Shown here: positions 12,601-24,839 of the stretch, piece after piece
Layout of the letters: every line of letters starts with the position of its first letter
Position numbering within the stretch: position 1 is the first letter of the stretch
NCBI RefSeq assembly: GCF_964204865.1
Contig: NC_135254.1
Coordinates: 15,748,001 to 15,812,000 of the forward strand
Source: Styela clava
Lineage: Eukaryota
Length of the DNA stretch: 64,000 nucleotides
Direction: 5' to 3'
Notes under the pieces: model-generated
Database searches by the model: none
The model's input: the letters and a program-made list of their open reading frames with translations, nothing else
What the model was told of the DNA's origin: nothing
Program-made: the position numbers and the translations under genes

Positions 12601-15600
12601 AGAGATTTTTTTCTGGATATTTATTCAACACAGTAGCAAGATAACCTGTCGATATTGTACAACCCTAACTATGCCAAAGTGTCCTTTAAATCCGCATGTA
12701 TTTGTATATTATCATTTTTAAACAACTTTCAATGCTACTAAAAATCAATATCATACCTCAAAACTGTCTTCCATACACAACAATATAATCTCCCCAGAAA
12801 AGTTTGCTCTGTACACAGAATCTACTTCCTTACGCCTGTATCAGAAAACGTGAATGACGAATTTGCTTGGACTTTAAGCGTTATTATCAGGAGTATGACT
12901 CAGGATTCAGGTTGGTTATGAAACGCTACTGTAAGTTCATTTTATAAATCAACTAGCCATATGGTTTCGGTAAAACAGGATAGGCATGTGGGTGTATTGC
13001 AATCAGCATTTGCGTTGCAATAACAATAACTGGACGTCGTAATCAGAGATGAACTCTAAGCATACGGTTAATAGCGGATACCAGATATTCCCTAACAATT
13101 ATTGTTGTAAAGCGAACATGAACCGTTGGTAGATTGCCACTTGATATATGATCTATATAAAACAATCTTGCTTGGTTGTGTATATTCCGATGAATACCAT
13201 AAATGACAGGAATATCCTAGATCAGTGTTTCCTATGTGTTCCAAGAATCTTCCTCGTTATTCTATATATTAAACTTCAAGCAATGCTAAATTTACCAACT
13301 GTTATATCTAAGTCAATTCTCCTTACCTAATTTACGCAATGTATGTCAATTTTTAATATAAGTCCGTGCAAATGGAAAACCCCGATTGTTTTATAACAAC
13401 ATTCCACAAATTGCAAAAAAAAACATTTATGCATAATGAAATTGGATATTGTTGTTGTTTGAACATCAACGACAAAATCGAATAAAAAATTCAATTTTCG
13501 CGCGTGAAGGTACTTTTGCCTTAATCGCCGCAGGGGTCGGCGGCGACTTGCCGATTCTCTCGTCGATCTAAAAAATGTCGCCAGTTCTCAGCGATCTCGG
13601 CAAACGAAAGAGAAGCAACTCATTCATAAAACTGCTCTTATACCATAGACGCACTTCCTTCGAAACGCCTTTTTCTTAGCGACAAAAACCTTGGAAAACA
13701 TCCCACGAAACTCATTTTCATACAACCTCAGTTTTGACTTCATATAAAACATTGTACATCCTATCTCGTGTGCTAGGCATTACCTATTCAAAGATGACGC
13801 AACTACTCGCTACAAATAAATGTGACAGTGAGTAAGTACCTTAAACGACTAGGCCAGGCACTCAAACTTAACATGGTTCCGAAATGACGACCAAGGCGGG
13901 TAAACACAATTGAAAAGTATGACGAAAAAGCATTTTTCGCAATAACACTATAGCGTACGAAGATCAAAACAAATTCGTCACGCGTGACTCATGGGTCAAC
14001 GTACTAAGCTAAGGGGATCTCAGTCTCTCGTTCTCGAGTTAGAGAAAGCCGTTCGAGAAGGCTCGCCCAGTCAAACATTGACCAAGGCGTTGTTGCTTTC
14101 GTTTAGACAAGCGAGGAACGTAGAAACAGATCGCCCACAAATCGTGATATACATTTCACCAAGCATGGCTGCACAATATAAAATACTTCATATCTACTTA
14201 TATACTTTGCGGACCTTGGTATGTATCATCAATAAAACCAGGTTTAAATGATAAAGTTCTTTGAAGTTGCGTTATGGGGAATTCTGGTCATGTCTTTACG
14301 ATATATGAACACAATGATGGACTTAACATTGAGTGGGGTAGGGTAGGGCGTAAACAAGTGACGCATAGGCACATTACACGATTAAATGAAAAAATCAAAA
14401 AACGTGTTTTAACATGGTTTGTTACGAAAAAAAAAATTAAATTCGAAAATTGGAAAGGGCTCCAACATAGAAGAGATGGGCGTTTCCGCTAAGCGGGTAA
14501 ACAGCCGCTCCGTACATGAACAAAAGAAACAGCAATAGACTCGATGAATACCCTTGACCGTTCGTCATTGACGTTAACGAATTTATAAATAGCAGAGCGA
14601 GAGCAACCCAGGACGTTTAAAATTGATTCAGAGATTGATTCAGAAAAACAAGTGAGAGTTGAACAACAACTATTTAATTTATGGGAATTGTGAATTCCAG
14701 GAAAGAATTAAGGTTTCTAGAAAGGTGTAAACGATAAATGGAATAAATTCATCTGCACACAATTGGCACTCTTGTCACATGGTTTTACCGTAATATTGTG
14801 AGTGGAGTATTCGATAATATAATACAAATGAAATATTTGACTAGTGTTGATTAAATTAACATTGAACAATTACCACGGCACGGTATCAACTAGATAAATA
14901 AAATTTCGATATATGGCGATTGGCGAGAGAAATTTAAAGCATGACTCTACAAAATAGACCAATTAAAACAGGAAAATAAAATAATAATGAAAACGGATCT
15001 AGCAAATTTTTTTTTTATATCTCTATGAATCACAAAAAATGTCTGAGCTGGTTTAAATTAATATCAACAAGCAATGTGACCCCGGAAGCCGTCGAGTTTC
15101 ACATCCTAGTTTTAGCAGACGAATCTCTCAATCCAATACACGCGGCACGCCAATTTCAACATTTCCAAGTCAATGTATCTTAATATATATATAGACTTAA
15201 ATTATAAAAACACGCAAAGTAAATCCACATCCGATAAAAACAATATTATAATATAATCGACACCAAACATCATGATTACGTGACTTGGGTCACTCGCTAC
15301 AATAGTCACGTCCACGGTTAAAAACAACACCATAAAAAACACGAAACAATATACGTGCAAGGTGTACCCCGATCATTAAAGTGAGACAAATAAAACGTAT
15401 AACCCACAAGGCGTTATGTATATTCACTACAACCAAAGAACAACTGAATAGGAACAAAATAGACTTGCGATAAGGATATTATAAAATAGCACATATATAC
15501 AGACGGTATTCCTGTGTATGATGACCATTAATGCATAAACCAACTACACTTCCATATATGATAACCGGTTCAGATTCTGTTCGCCTTGACTAAGTTAAAT

Positions 15601-16699
15601 TTGAATATAACCCACGCCTGCAGGTATGATACGCTAAACAATTGTACGGAAATTCTCATATAGAAGCAACTCATAAAAGATAGAAAAAAGGGATGAATAC
15701 ATGGTCCATATTCGTAGATCGCTACATTCCGTCAGATATGTAAATCGCAAATAAGTAACATTAACTGAGATTTTCGTCGAGAAATAAATTTTGCTTGTTA
15801 TGGGCAAGACGCATGATCAACAAAATTATTGGAAGTCAACAAAAATTATAAGAAAAAGCAAACTATGTCAAATCACGTATTCTAGTTCATAATTACCATG
15901 GTTAGTATATGGGCGGTCTTATAGAAACGTGATTTAAACAAGTACCACCCGTGACCATACAGATTTATAGTTATGTGCCACCTGTGATGCGCGTGGCCCA
16001 CTTCCGCGTTCAAAACTTTGCATGATGAAGAATGGCGCAAAATCAATATACGATTGGCCCACTAAATTCCCAAAATCATGACGTAAGCACAACAGACACA
16101 AAAGAGGTTGAATAAAGCACTTCACTAATGTATTTAAGCGAACTCATATGACCTCTTTTTCCATGGCGGCGTGACGTGGTGAGGGAGGTTCGAACCTGAT
16201 TCACCTCTTAAAGGCTAACCTTCAGCGAACAAAACAAGAATTTGGTATCGTTTCTTACACCAAAACAATTATATTCGCCCAGCTGAGGGTTAGATTGTCA
16301 CAAATTGCCCTACATAGAAAATCCCTAGTGGGATGAATATAAGATAAACGACAGACATGTAGGAATTTCCGGAATCTTATAATCCAACCAGCGGTAGTCG
16401 CGACGTTAAACTTACGCATACGTAGAGGGAGTGCCAACCATCTCAAATTTGGGAATATGTGATTGCTCAGAAAGACATACACAATTGCTACACAGAAAAA
16501 TAAGATGCAGATGCGATACAATATCAAATCTAAAGCATTTTAAATAAATACTGAAGAACAATAATGCTTAAGAAATGGCGTCGAACGCGCAATATTTAAT
16601 GAAAAGAGATCCAATCTAATTTAAATAGCCCAAAATGAGAATGGCGACAATTATTGTCAAGTAGACTTCGCCATGGCGCTGGATCACAAAATGTACGAT

Positions 16700-16960
16700 A
16701 TGTTATAACGAGGACTTTATCCCAAGCGGTCGAAATTTGAAATAAATTGTTTCGAGGAAATATGGAAAATCCAATTTTGACTTTCAAACTTCTCGCCCTT
16801 TTTTTTGGAAATAATTCGTTGAATAGAGCTTCAAAATTTGATTGAAAAACCAACTCAAAAAGCATTTTTTTTGTAATTTTTTTCAATTTGAACTTTTATT
16901 GAATTTCAACATTCGTCTTTTGGTGTTGAAATCCTCGATTGTCACATGGTTTTAATGATT
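16700..16960. repeat. Dispersed AT-rich interspersed repeat, with related copies at about 1270-1470 and 5470-5580
   Basis: Shared blocks such as CTCAAAAA..TTTTT.TTGTAATTTTTT.CAAT and ATTTCAACATTCGTCTT are seen by eye at the three loci. Confidence 0.5.
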
Positions 16961-17364
16961 CCTTAATTTTATGAACATTAAATAATCAACCAAGAACGGT
17001 GATTCCGCGGAAAAATATGGGGAATACACAGTTTTTATATTTACGTAATTTCATAAAAAAGCGATGTTCCATTTTATTCTTATATTTACAATAGCTGGCG
17101 TGTTAAAACATTAAACCTCGCTTTCCAGACAATAGTAAATTGCTGGACTTCCGTCTTTCCCGTCTCAAAGCCTTTCTACTACGTAAATTAGGTCAAACGC
17201 TTATTCCCGCGCCAGTGAATTAGGTCAGATGGACACACTTGAGTAATAGACGACCGCTAATGGACCTGAGAATTGATAGTAAATCATGCTAAATCAAACA
17301 TGATCCATGGGTATGTGACACAACTGGTTTGCTGTAAACAACGAACGTCAAATATATTTATATA

Positions 17365-17440
17365 CAGGGTGGGTTAAAAGTAGGTTACAGTTACTTTTTT
17401 ATTTTCTGTGTTTACTGTTACCTGCTTTTGGCCCACCCTG
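17365..17440. mobile_element. 76-bp Tc1/mariner-type MITE
   Basis: TIRs CAGGGTGGGTTAAAAGTAGGTTACAGT / ACTGTTACCTGCTTTTGGCCCACCCTG, flanked by TA on both sides. Confidence 0.85.
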
Positions 17441-20400
17441 TATATATTTATCCATCTACGATTTAAAGATGCATCTGTGGCCGGTGGGATAACAAAACGC
17501 CATTGGACAAGACAAAATGAAAAAACAGCAGGAAACCCATATAATTAAGTAATCTTTTTTCATAGTGGCTAAAGAAACCTGTATAATTTACTAATTTTTT
17601 CTGATATTGTCTAAAGTTGTTCCATCAGAAGTTCAGCGACGGATGATCGATACTACACATATGCTTACATGGACATCCAAGATACTAAGTTTTTTATTAC
17701 GACGGCTTTTCACTCTTTTTGCTCGGATCAAGGCCCTATAGCAGACAGGAATCTTTCCGATTCAGCGAATATGAAAATAGTCAAAAACGGTATAAAATTT
17801 CAATTTCGATGATCAAATCGATATTTAACAGTGAAAACGATCCTCTATGCATAAAAATCCCTATTTGATTCGTAATTTATAAGTGCAAACTTTTTGGCAA
17901 TATTCACACACAACGGTACCAACTTATATAAATAAAATCTCTGAACGGATTCGATGAGAGTTTAATTCGAGAAATCTCAAGATGAATTATGGTTTTCTAA
18001 ATACACAGCAGATATACGTTGTTTCATCGAAAAACAGCACATTGGATTGTCTCATGTCTGTATTTCAAACTAAATCCTTTCGAATACTGCATTCTCAAAT
18101 TCGGTGTTTTAAACTTAGCCTCTCGTACTACACTATCCGTAATAAATAACACAAAACAAAAAAAACACAAAAATAGCCAAGTATTCCAAAGACGTAAGTT
18201 TCGTTAAGTTAAGCAAGACGATTTGCGTTGCGTCAAAAGCCAAGAAGATTTAGTAATTATACAATGACGCAAAATTGCGCACTTCCTTATTCTCGTTGTA
18301 GTAATCACCATAAAATAACCATTACTACATTTTGACACATGTAATCGACCGTTTGTTGTAACTCAGAAATCCAAACTATTTGAAGACATGCGTATGCCAC
18401 GAGCGCATAATGATATTTAGTACATATAGGCCTACATAATTTTTTGTTTTTTTTTAATAATGCTATCTTTAGTTTTAAGTTTCAGTAATAGTGTTCCAAA
18501 AAAACATTTGACGTAGGTAGAACGAACTTTACATCTTCAACGTTGCATGAATGCGCGGTGTGTGTGACGCTGAGTTTTTAATTTTAGACCGTGGTCATCA
18601 TTATATGACGTCATAAAATATCCGCAATGTACATGTTTAAACGAATTATTATTACATCTTAAAAAAGACAAAAATTGAGATAATAAAATCTTTATTCTCC
18701 AGATAAATTGTGGCATTGTTTCGTCGCATTATATAACGAAGTTAAATTTTGCATATTTATTTTTCAAATAATAAATCTATAGTTTTACGATATAAAAAGA
18801 AAATATATAAATAGAAATAATGCAATATTGATGAAAAAAATTTCGAATATACCAATCCTCTAAAGCAGGGATACTCACCCAACTGGCTGACCGCGTTCCG
18901 AATCCAGATCTTTCGAGTATTAAATTCAACTATTTCATGACTTTGAATGAATCAAGCTGCTATGGGGGCGAGTATTTCACATTTTTCAGCAAAGTTGGCG
19001 CTTAGCTACCCAATATCGCCTGATATTGATCTTTGCTCTTGTAATTTTTCAAACGATGCATTTGGATTTTTGTTTTACATACCGGTAGTAAAAATATATT
19101 TCTTGGAATGAAATGATCCCGGAAATTTTTTAATTTTCTGTATGGACCTTTGGTGAAAACAGTTGAGTAGCCCTGCTCTAAAAAAATCCCTCTCTCCAAT
19201 AGCAAGTCTATAATCTCCGTTAGCATTACTATCTATCTATACAAGTACTACATTTCACAACTGCATAAAAATCAGCGTTCGCAAAGTATGAATGAAATAG
19301 TCTGACACGAGTTTCGATAACGAGGCGACATAATTCAAAAATCAGTTTTCCCCAAGTTTGTTAACTACTATTAGTTATATAGAAAGTGGTTATTTGTTTC
19401 CGTATTGAATAGCGACTTTCTCATTTGATTGTGTTCACAAAGTCTGCGTGGATTTTTGTTTATGAAAATCAGTTTTTATTCGTCTACTATCCATTTGAAT
19501 TTATGCATATCAGATAATAAACTCAAAGATCCGTTTTCGCCGTCATTGGATAAGAAGTGGACCTTATAAATCGTTCTGGTATTATGTTGTTGTTGTTAGA
19601 ATCTTTTTCGTGTTTCCGCGAAAAACTTTTTCTTGTTTTCTCTTCAATTACTGAACGAATTGCTTTTTTGTGGTTAAAGATTGTTGTTGTCGCTAGAAGG
19701 TTATCTATTACATTTGCTTAGTTCAAAAATTTCTGTAGACTTCACGGGATTCGTTTTTCGTGTGTGTGATGACATCTTCAAAATTAAATATTGCGCATCT
19801 TGTGGCCTTATTCGGTATTGAGAGAAATGCGATGTATAATATAATACACTGTCAGCGCTTTGCATAAGTTAACTCAATGTAACGGGGTTTGACATTGCAA
19901 GTCACACGGTGTTGATGTTGCATTACTTGCATAACTTGAAAATGAAACCACGCAATAATACCATGATTTCAATTCAGCATTTGTTTGACACTACCTGCGA
20001 TGTCCTTTTTGCCATAAGTACGATATTGTGACTCGATATTACTTATATAATAACTTCTGATCCTGACATAACCGCAGGTCATATGATTGATACAACTTCA
20101 TGGCAACAATGGATGCCATGCAGCGGTTTCATTTCCAAAAGTATTTTGCACCATTCCCGGATTTGGTGTTGGTGGTTTTGCTCCTGCGATGGAATGGGAG
20201 TGAACAACCGTTCAAATTATCAATAATTGTGTTTCAGATGAGGCCATCGCTAACCTTTTGAACATATATATAGGGCGACCAAGCACCCAACGTAGGTCGG
20301 GACTTTGTCCTGCCCGTAGCACCCGTTATGAAGCAAGCAACAAAATAAATCGACTTCGTTTCGTAAGATTCCCATCCTCGGTTACAACACATTTATCACT

Positions 20401-21599
20401 GCTGAAAAATAATGAAACTGCCGCCATTTTCTTTCGTAAATTTGAGAGATTTGGGTCAGCGATTTCGTATTCTTCGGAAGCAACGCAAGATCAAATTACA
20501 AATTCAGAATTTGGACTCGTGTTCAGCGTTTATTCATGCACGTTCAGAAACAATAGAAAATGCAAATGAAATACTAACAATAGATTGAAAGTTCATGACA
20601 GATTGTTCAGCATTAACAATAGAATATACTCAGGCGAATATACGGGATTGACACGTAGCTGTGTCACACTGATTTGAACTTCCTTATATTCAACATCCAA
20701 CGATCGACAGAACGCGAAAATTTAGAAAAAAGGGGCGTATGGTATCAAAATAACGAAGTTCAAATGAGGAGATAATCTGTTGAACCCGGAGACGCATGCA
20801 TTGTGTGAACAGTCTATATTGCAAATGCACTTTCAGAAAGTATGTATTGAAAAAAGAAATTTTAAACCGAAAAACAGTATAACAATGCAAAGTTAATACC
20901 GGTAATTTTTTTTTAAACATTGATTACGGATACACTTTCGTTACCAATTTGTTGCTATTGGTAACACTCGAACGTGTAAAACTTTTTATCAGCGTCGAAT
21001 TGCAATGCGAATAAAACCCAATGGAATTCTACCATCTACATTCATAAAAGTCGTTTCTGGCACATTTCATTCCCGCAAAACATCATTCGCACAAAAAGTC
21101 GTTCTCGCAAAACTAACATTTTTTTAAATTTCATTCCGCGTTCTGATATTTTCTGCAAAATTGATACCTCCAAATTCCACAAACTAACCAAAATTATTGA
21201 TCAAAACAGCGTTCAAAATATAACATTAGTTTACATCCTTAATATCATTATCGTATCGGATTTATTTTCGTGCACTTCGTTTTCCATACTTAAAAGAATT
21301 GCCCTTGATTTTATCGTATCTTATAACCGCTATTATTGGACACGGAGTATACACATCGATCGTTTTGGCATTACCGTACGTTGTTGTTCTTGTTGGTATT
21401 TTCTTTCTTTTTATCAAAAAATCGCTTTCCTCATTAACTATTGAACAAATTGTTTTGACATTTTAGGTAAAGACTGTGACTTTCGTAATAAGACTATTAC
21501 TTCTATTTATTTCAAAACGTTCTGTGGGCTTTATGTAGTTCGAAATTTTGTATGATGACCTTTTCAAAATTAATAAAAATTATTATTAATTAATTATAA

Positions 21600-23571
21600 T
21601 CACTGAACCAATTTCTTTAATTCCGCGAGAATTAGCCCACGGCTCTTGCTAACATACAGAAAATAACAAATTTGAGGAGTCGTATTAGGTTATTGTTTCA
21701 ATTCCTAGTTCTGCATAAAGCGCACTAACGCCGTTTCGTGAAATTAGAAATGCAAAACAAAGTAACAAGCTATTGTGCGAATTTTTTTCCTAAATTTTAC
21801 CAAGGAATTATCATTTGACTAGTAGAATTGCCATTATTGCCGATTTATTAAATCATCATTTGAACTCGAAATAACATTCAGGATTCACGCAATGACTTTG
21901 CAGGGTTTTTATTTATAATTTAATACGAAAATAAACAGGCACAAGTTCAGGCGCGCAGCCAGGATTTAAAAAAAAAAGGCGGGGTCAAAGTCGGAACTTC
22001 CCACTGCCGTCTGCAACAAGCACCGCGATTACGCGCTCAATAAAAGAGCCGCCTATTTGAGCGTATAATGATTTTTCTGCCGATCCATGACAGCCACGAG
22101 ATTCTAAAATGTCCTTATATATTAAATTGTGTGCAACCTAACTCGCGGTTGCGACTTCTTACGTCAAAATAAAAATATTACTAAACTTAAAGTACCACGG
22201 CGATATGAGGACATAAAAATATGAGATAAGCTGCCTGATGTATTCAGTTTTGATACGTATTTTTGCAATCTTCCGAACTCGTTATCGTCGTTACAAAAAT
22301 CTCGATATCTGATATAAAATCCGATATAGTTCAATTTTAATTCATACAATGAAAATAATTATAAGGTATACTAGTAAATCAAAAATACAAATACACCGCC
22401 TCGAAATCCACGCGGAACAGTCGCCGCGATTACGCCACTTGTTAATAGAGCCGACTTCATCAACGAAAAATGATTTTTCACTTGTGCAAAGTAATCAATC
22501 AAAGACCGATACGGGCATATTCAAAATGTCTTGATTTATTAATTTAATTGTCTTCAATTTAAACTGCGGTTGAGTCGACAAAACAAGGGCCACTCTAAAA
22601 CACGACGGAAAAAACCTTTCGAAAAATCCGTAAATTTTCTGTCAATTCTCACGTAGTAAAAGTTATTTCAGTATAATAAAAATACATAAATAAATACAAA
22701 AAGTGATCGAATATACTTTAATTATCTTATATATCATCACAAACCGTGGAAAAGTCGCGTTCTCAGCTTTGTTTAATGTTAACACGAAAATTTTCGACGT
22801 CAATTTTAAAGTAATGGATAAAAAGGCAAATCCCGCTCACAATTGACCGTGTTTCGATTTTAGTAACGAAATATTTTTAAAGGTCAAGCAAACATAATTT
22901 GTGCCGTTGGCACACGAAATTTTGCGATTTTCGATGCCTAGAAAAGCGTTTTTAGACTGTCGCGGGCCTCAAAACTTATATTGTTTACAGTTTTATTTTT
23001 AGTATTTTATATTGCCGCTTTTCAACTTTTCGACAAAGTAAATGCTTTGATCTTTGCCCGCAAATTATGCTGGGCCTTGCACGAAATCCATAACGTAAAA
23101 AGATACGTCCCGCGGTGAAAATTGTTTAAAACAACTTTAGATCTAGTTAATTTTTTAGCGATAATAATTAATTGTTGTAATGAAACACAGTTTGCCTCTT
23201 TCATTTCTTTCGCAAGTGCCAACAATAACACTATTGAAAGATTTTGACAATGAGAAAATCATATTAAATTGTACAAAAATGAGTTAGTTGTGCAAAACCG
23301 TGGCGCGTGATCGGCGGTGCGTTTGAAAACGGAGTATTACCCGTGCGGGCGCGCATGTTTCACGAAAATGTGAGGTGCTCCGAAGGCGCATTATTGTAAG
23401 AAAACAGTTATGATATCGGTAACTATTAACCGTTTAATGGCGCTTGACTATCGCACTTTTCGGAAATGATAATTTTGTAGGGCGGAAACAACATGTATTA
23501 AATTTTTTTGCGAAATTATTGGGGGGGCGACCGCCTCCCCTCGCCCCCCCCCCCCCGGGTGTCCGCCCCTG
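21600..23571. mobile_element. Same hAT element in duplication copy 1, with the left end deleted
   Basis: Right TIR ends at 23571, followed by TGTATAAG; the left TIR and TSD are replaced by a short AT filler at about 21585-21600. Confidence 0.85.
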
Positions 23572-23994
23572 TGTATAAGGTAAGGTAGTTGGTAGACTAC
23601 CGGTACTGCTTCGTTTTGGCTTTCGTGTCCATATATTTGAGCATCGCTGTCTTATTTCTAACAATACTCCCTATACTTGCATTCTTTAAAATTTAAACAA
23701 AGTGGTTACTCTTCACAACTAGCACACTTGAAGCTTTAAAGTGGTTTGCAGAACTTTCCCGTGGCCTGATGTACCGGTATATTTAAGAAACTTGCCGCAA
23801 CAGTTCGACAACACCAGTTTCATTTGTCAATCAACTTCCATGTGATTTCAATACAAACAATCGCGGTACCCTAACGACCCGAAAGCGAAAAACAATTCTG
23901 AATCATGAGGATGTCGGATTCACGGCAATCACATACAGATACAGGCAAATCAGGAAAAAAAATTAAATAATTTGAAATAAAATTTAACCATAAT

Positions 23995-24387
23995 AGCCAA
24001 AGACATGTGCCTCTCAATGTATTTTTAAAGTGGTATTGTGCTCACATAATTATCGTCAGGCCAGCGCAAAGCGGTTCCGCACATGTTTTTATAGCGGAAT
24101 AACAAAACCCTTGAACCCTAGCAACCAATTGAAAAGTGTGGTTCAATGACTCGTTTACTCCATCAGATATCATAACTCTCTGGAATGATATCAATTATGA
24201 CAATAAATTGGACAGTCAAAGACATGTGCCTCTCAATGTATTTTTAAAGTGGTATTGTGCTCACATAGTTATCGTCAGGCCAGCGCAAAGCGGTTCCGCA
24301 CATGTTTTCATAGCGGAATAACAAAACCCTTGAACCCTAGCAACCAATTGAAAAGTGTGGTTCAATGACTCGTTTAATCCATCAGAA
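23995..24387. repeat. 219-bp-period direct repeat (about 1.8 units); also present in copy 2 at about 29965-30356
   Basis: AGACATGTGCCTCTCAATG at 24001 and 24220; ORF pairs 24136/24355 and 30105/30324 are offset by 219. Confidence 0.9.
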
Positions 24388-24839
24388 AGGTCAGTTGTTG
24401 ACCAACGGCCAATTTTACGAAAACAAAGAATGTCCAATGTTGGACAAAGTGGACACGCTCGGTTAACAACAAAATTGAATGCCATAAATACATCTCATAG
24501 TGCTACGCACATGCAAAGTACCCTTAATATGAAAAACATACATGAAGGGTGTTTTTGACTTTACTTTGACCACCAGCTCCAGTTCCTCCTAGAGTATGGT
24601 GTTCTAAGACTAATTACCAAATAATACTAGACTGACTAGATAAAATATAAAATCTAGTGATCGAAAACTCATCACAATAAATGACTAAGTCAAGAACCAT
24701 TGAATGTTCTCTTCACACATCTGGGTACTCAACGATAAGCCCCAACAAATAAGAGGCGAACTGATATCATAAAAAACAATAGCGTTAATTATCATATTGA
24801 AGTTATTCCGCAAGATTACCGTTATCATTTACCGTTATC

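Larger units (their letters stand above)
19212..24820. repeat. Tandem segmental duplication, copy 1 (~5.6 kb)
   Basis: Begins AATCTCCGTTAGCATT and is near-identical to 24840-30799; duplicated ORFs are offset by 5969-5974 bp. Confidence 0.95.

Noticed and set aside
19800-20250. Minus-strand frame seemingly interrupted mainly by TGA, and a faint FLYWCH-like peptide in another frame
   Set aside because: The duplicate copy has an early TAA and an insertion in the same frame, and there is no recognisable protein or SECIS, so recoding is unsupported.
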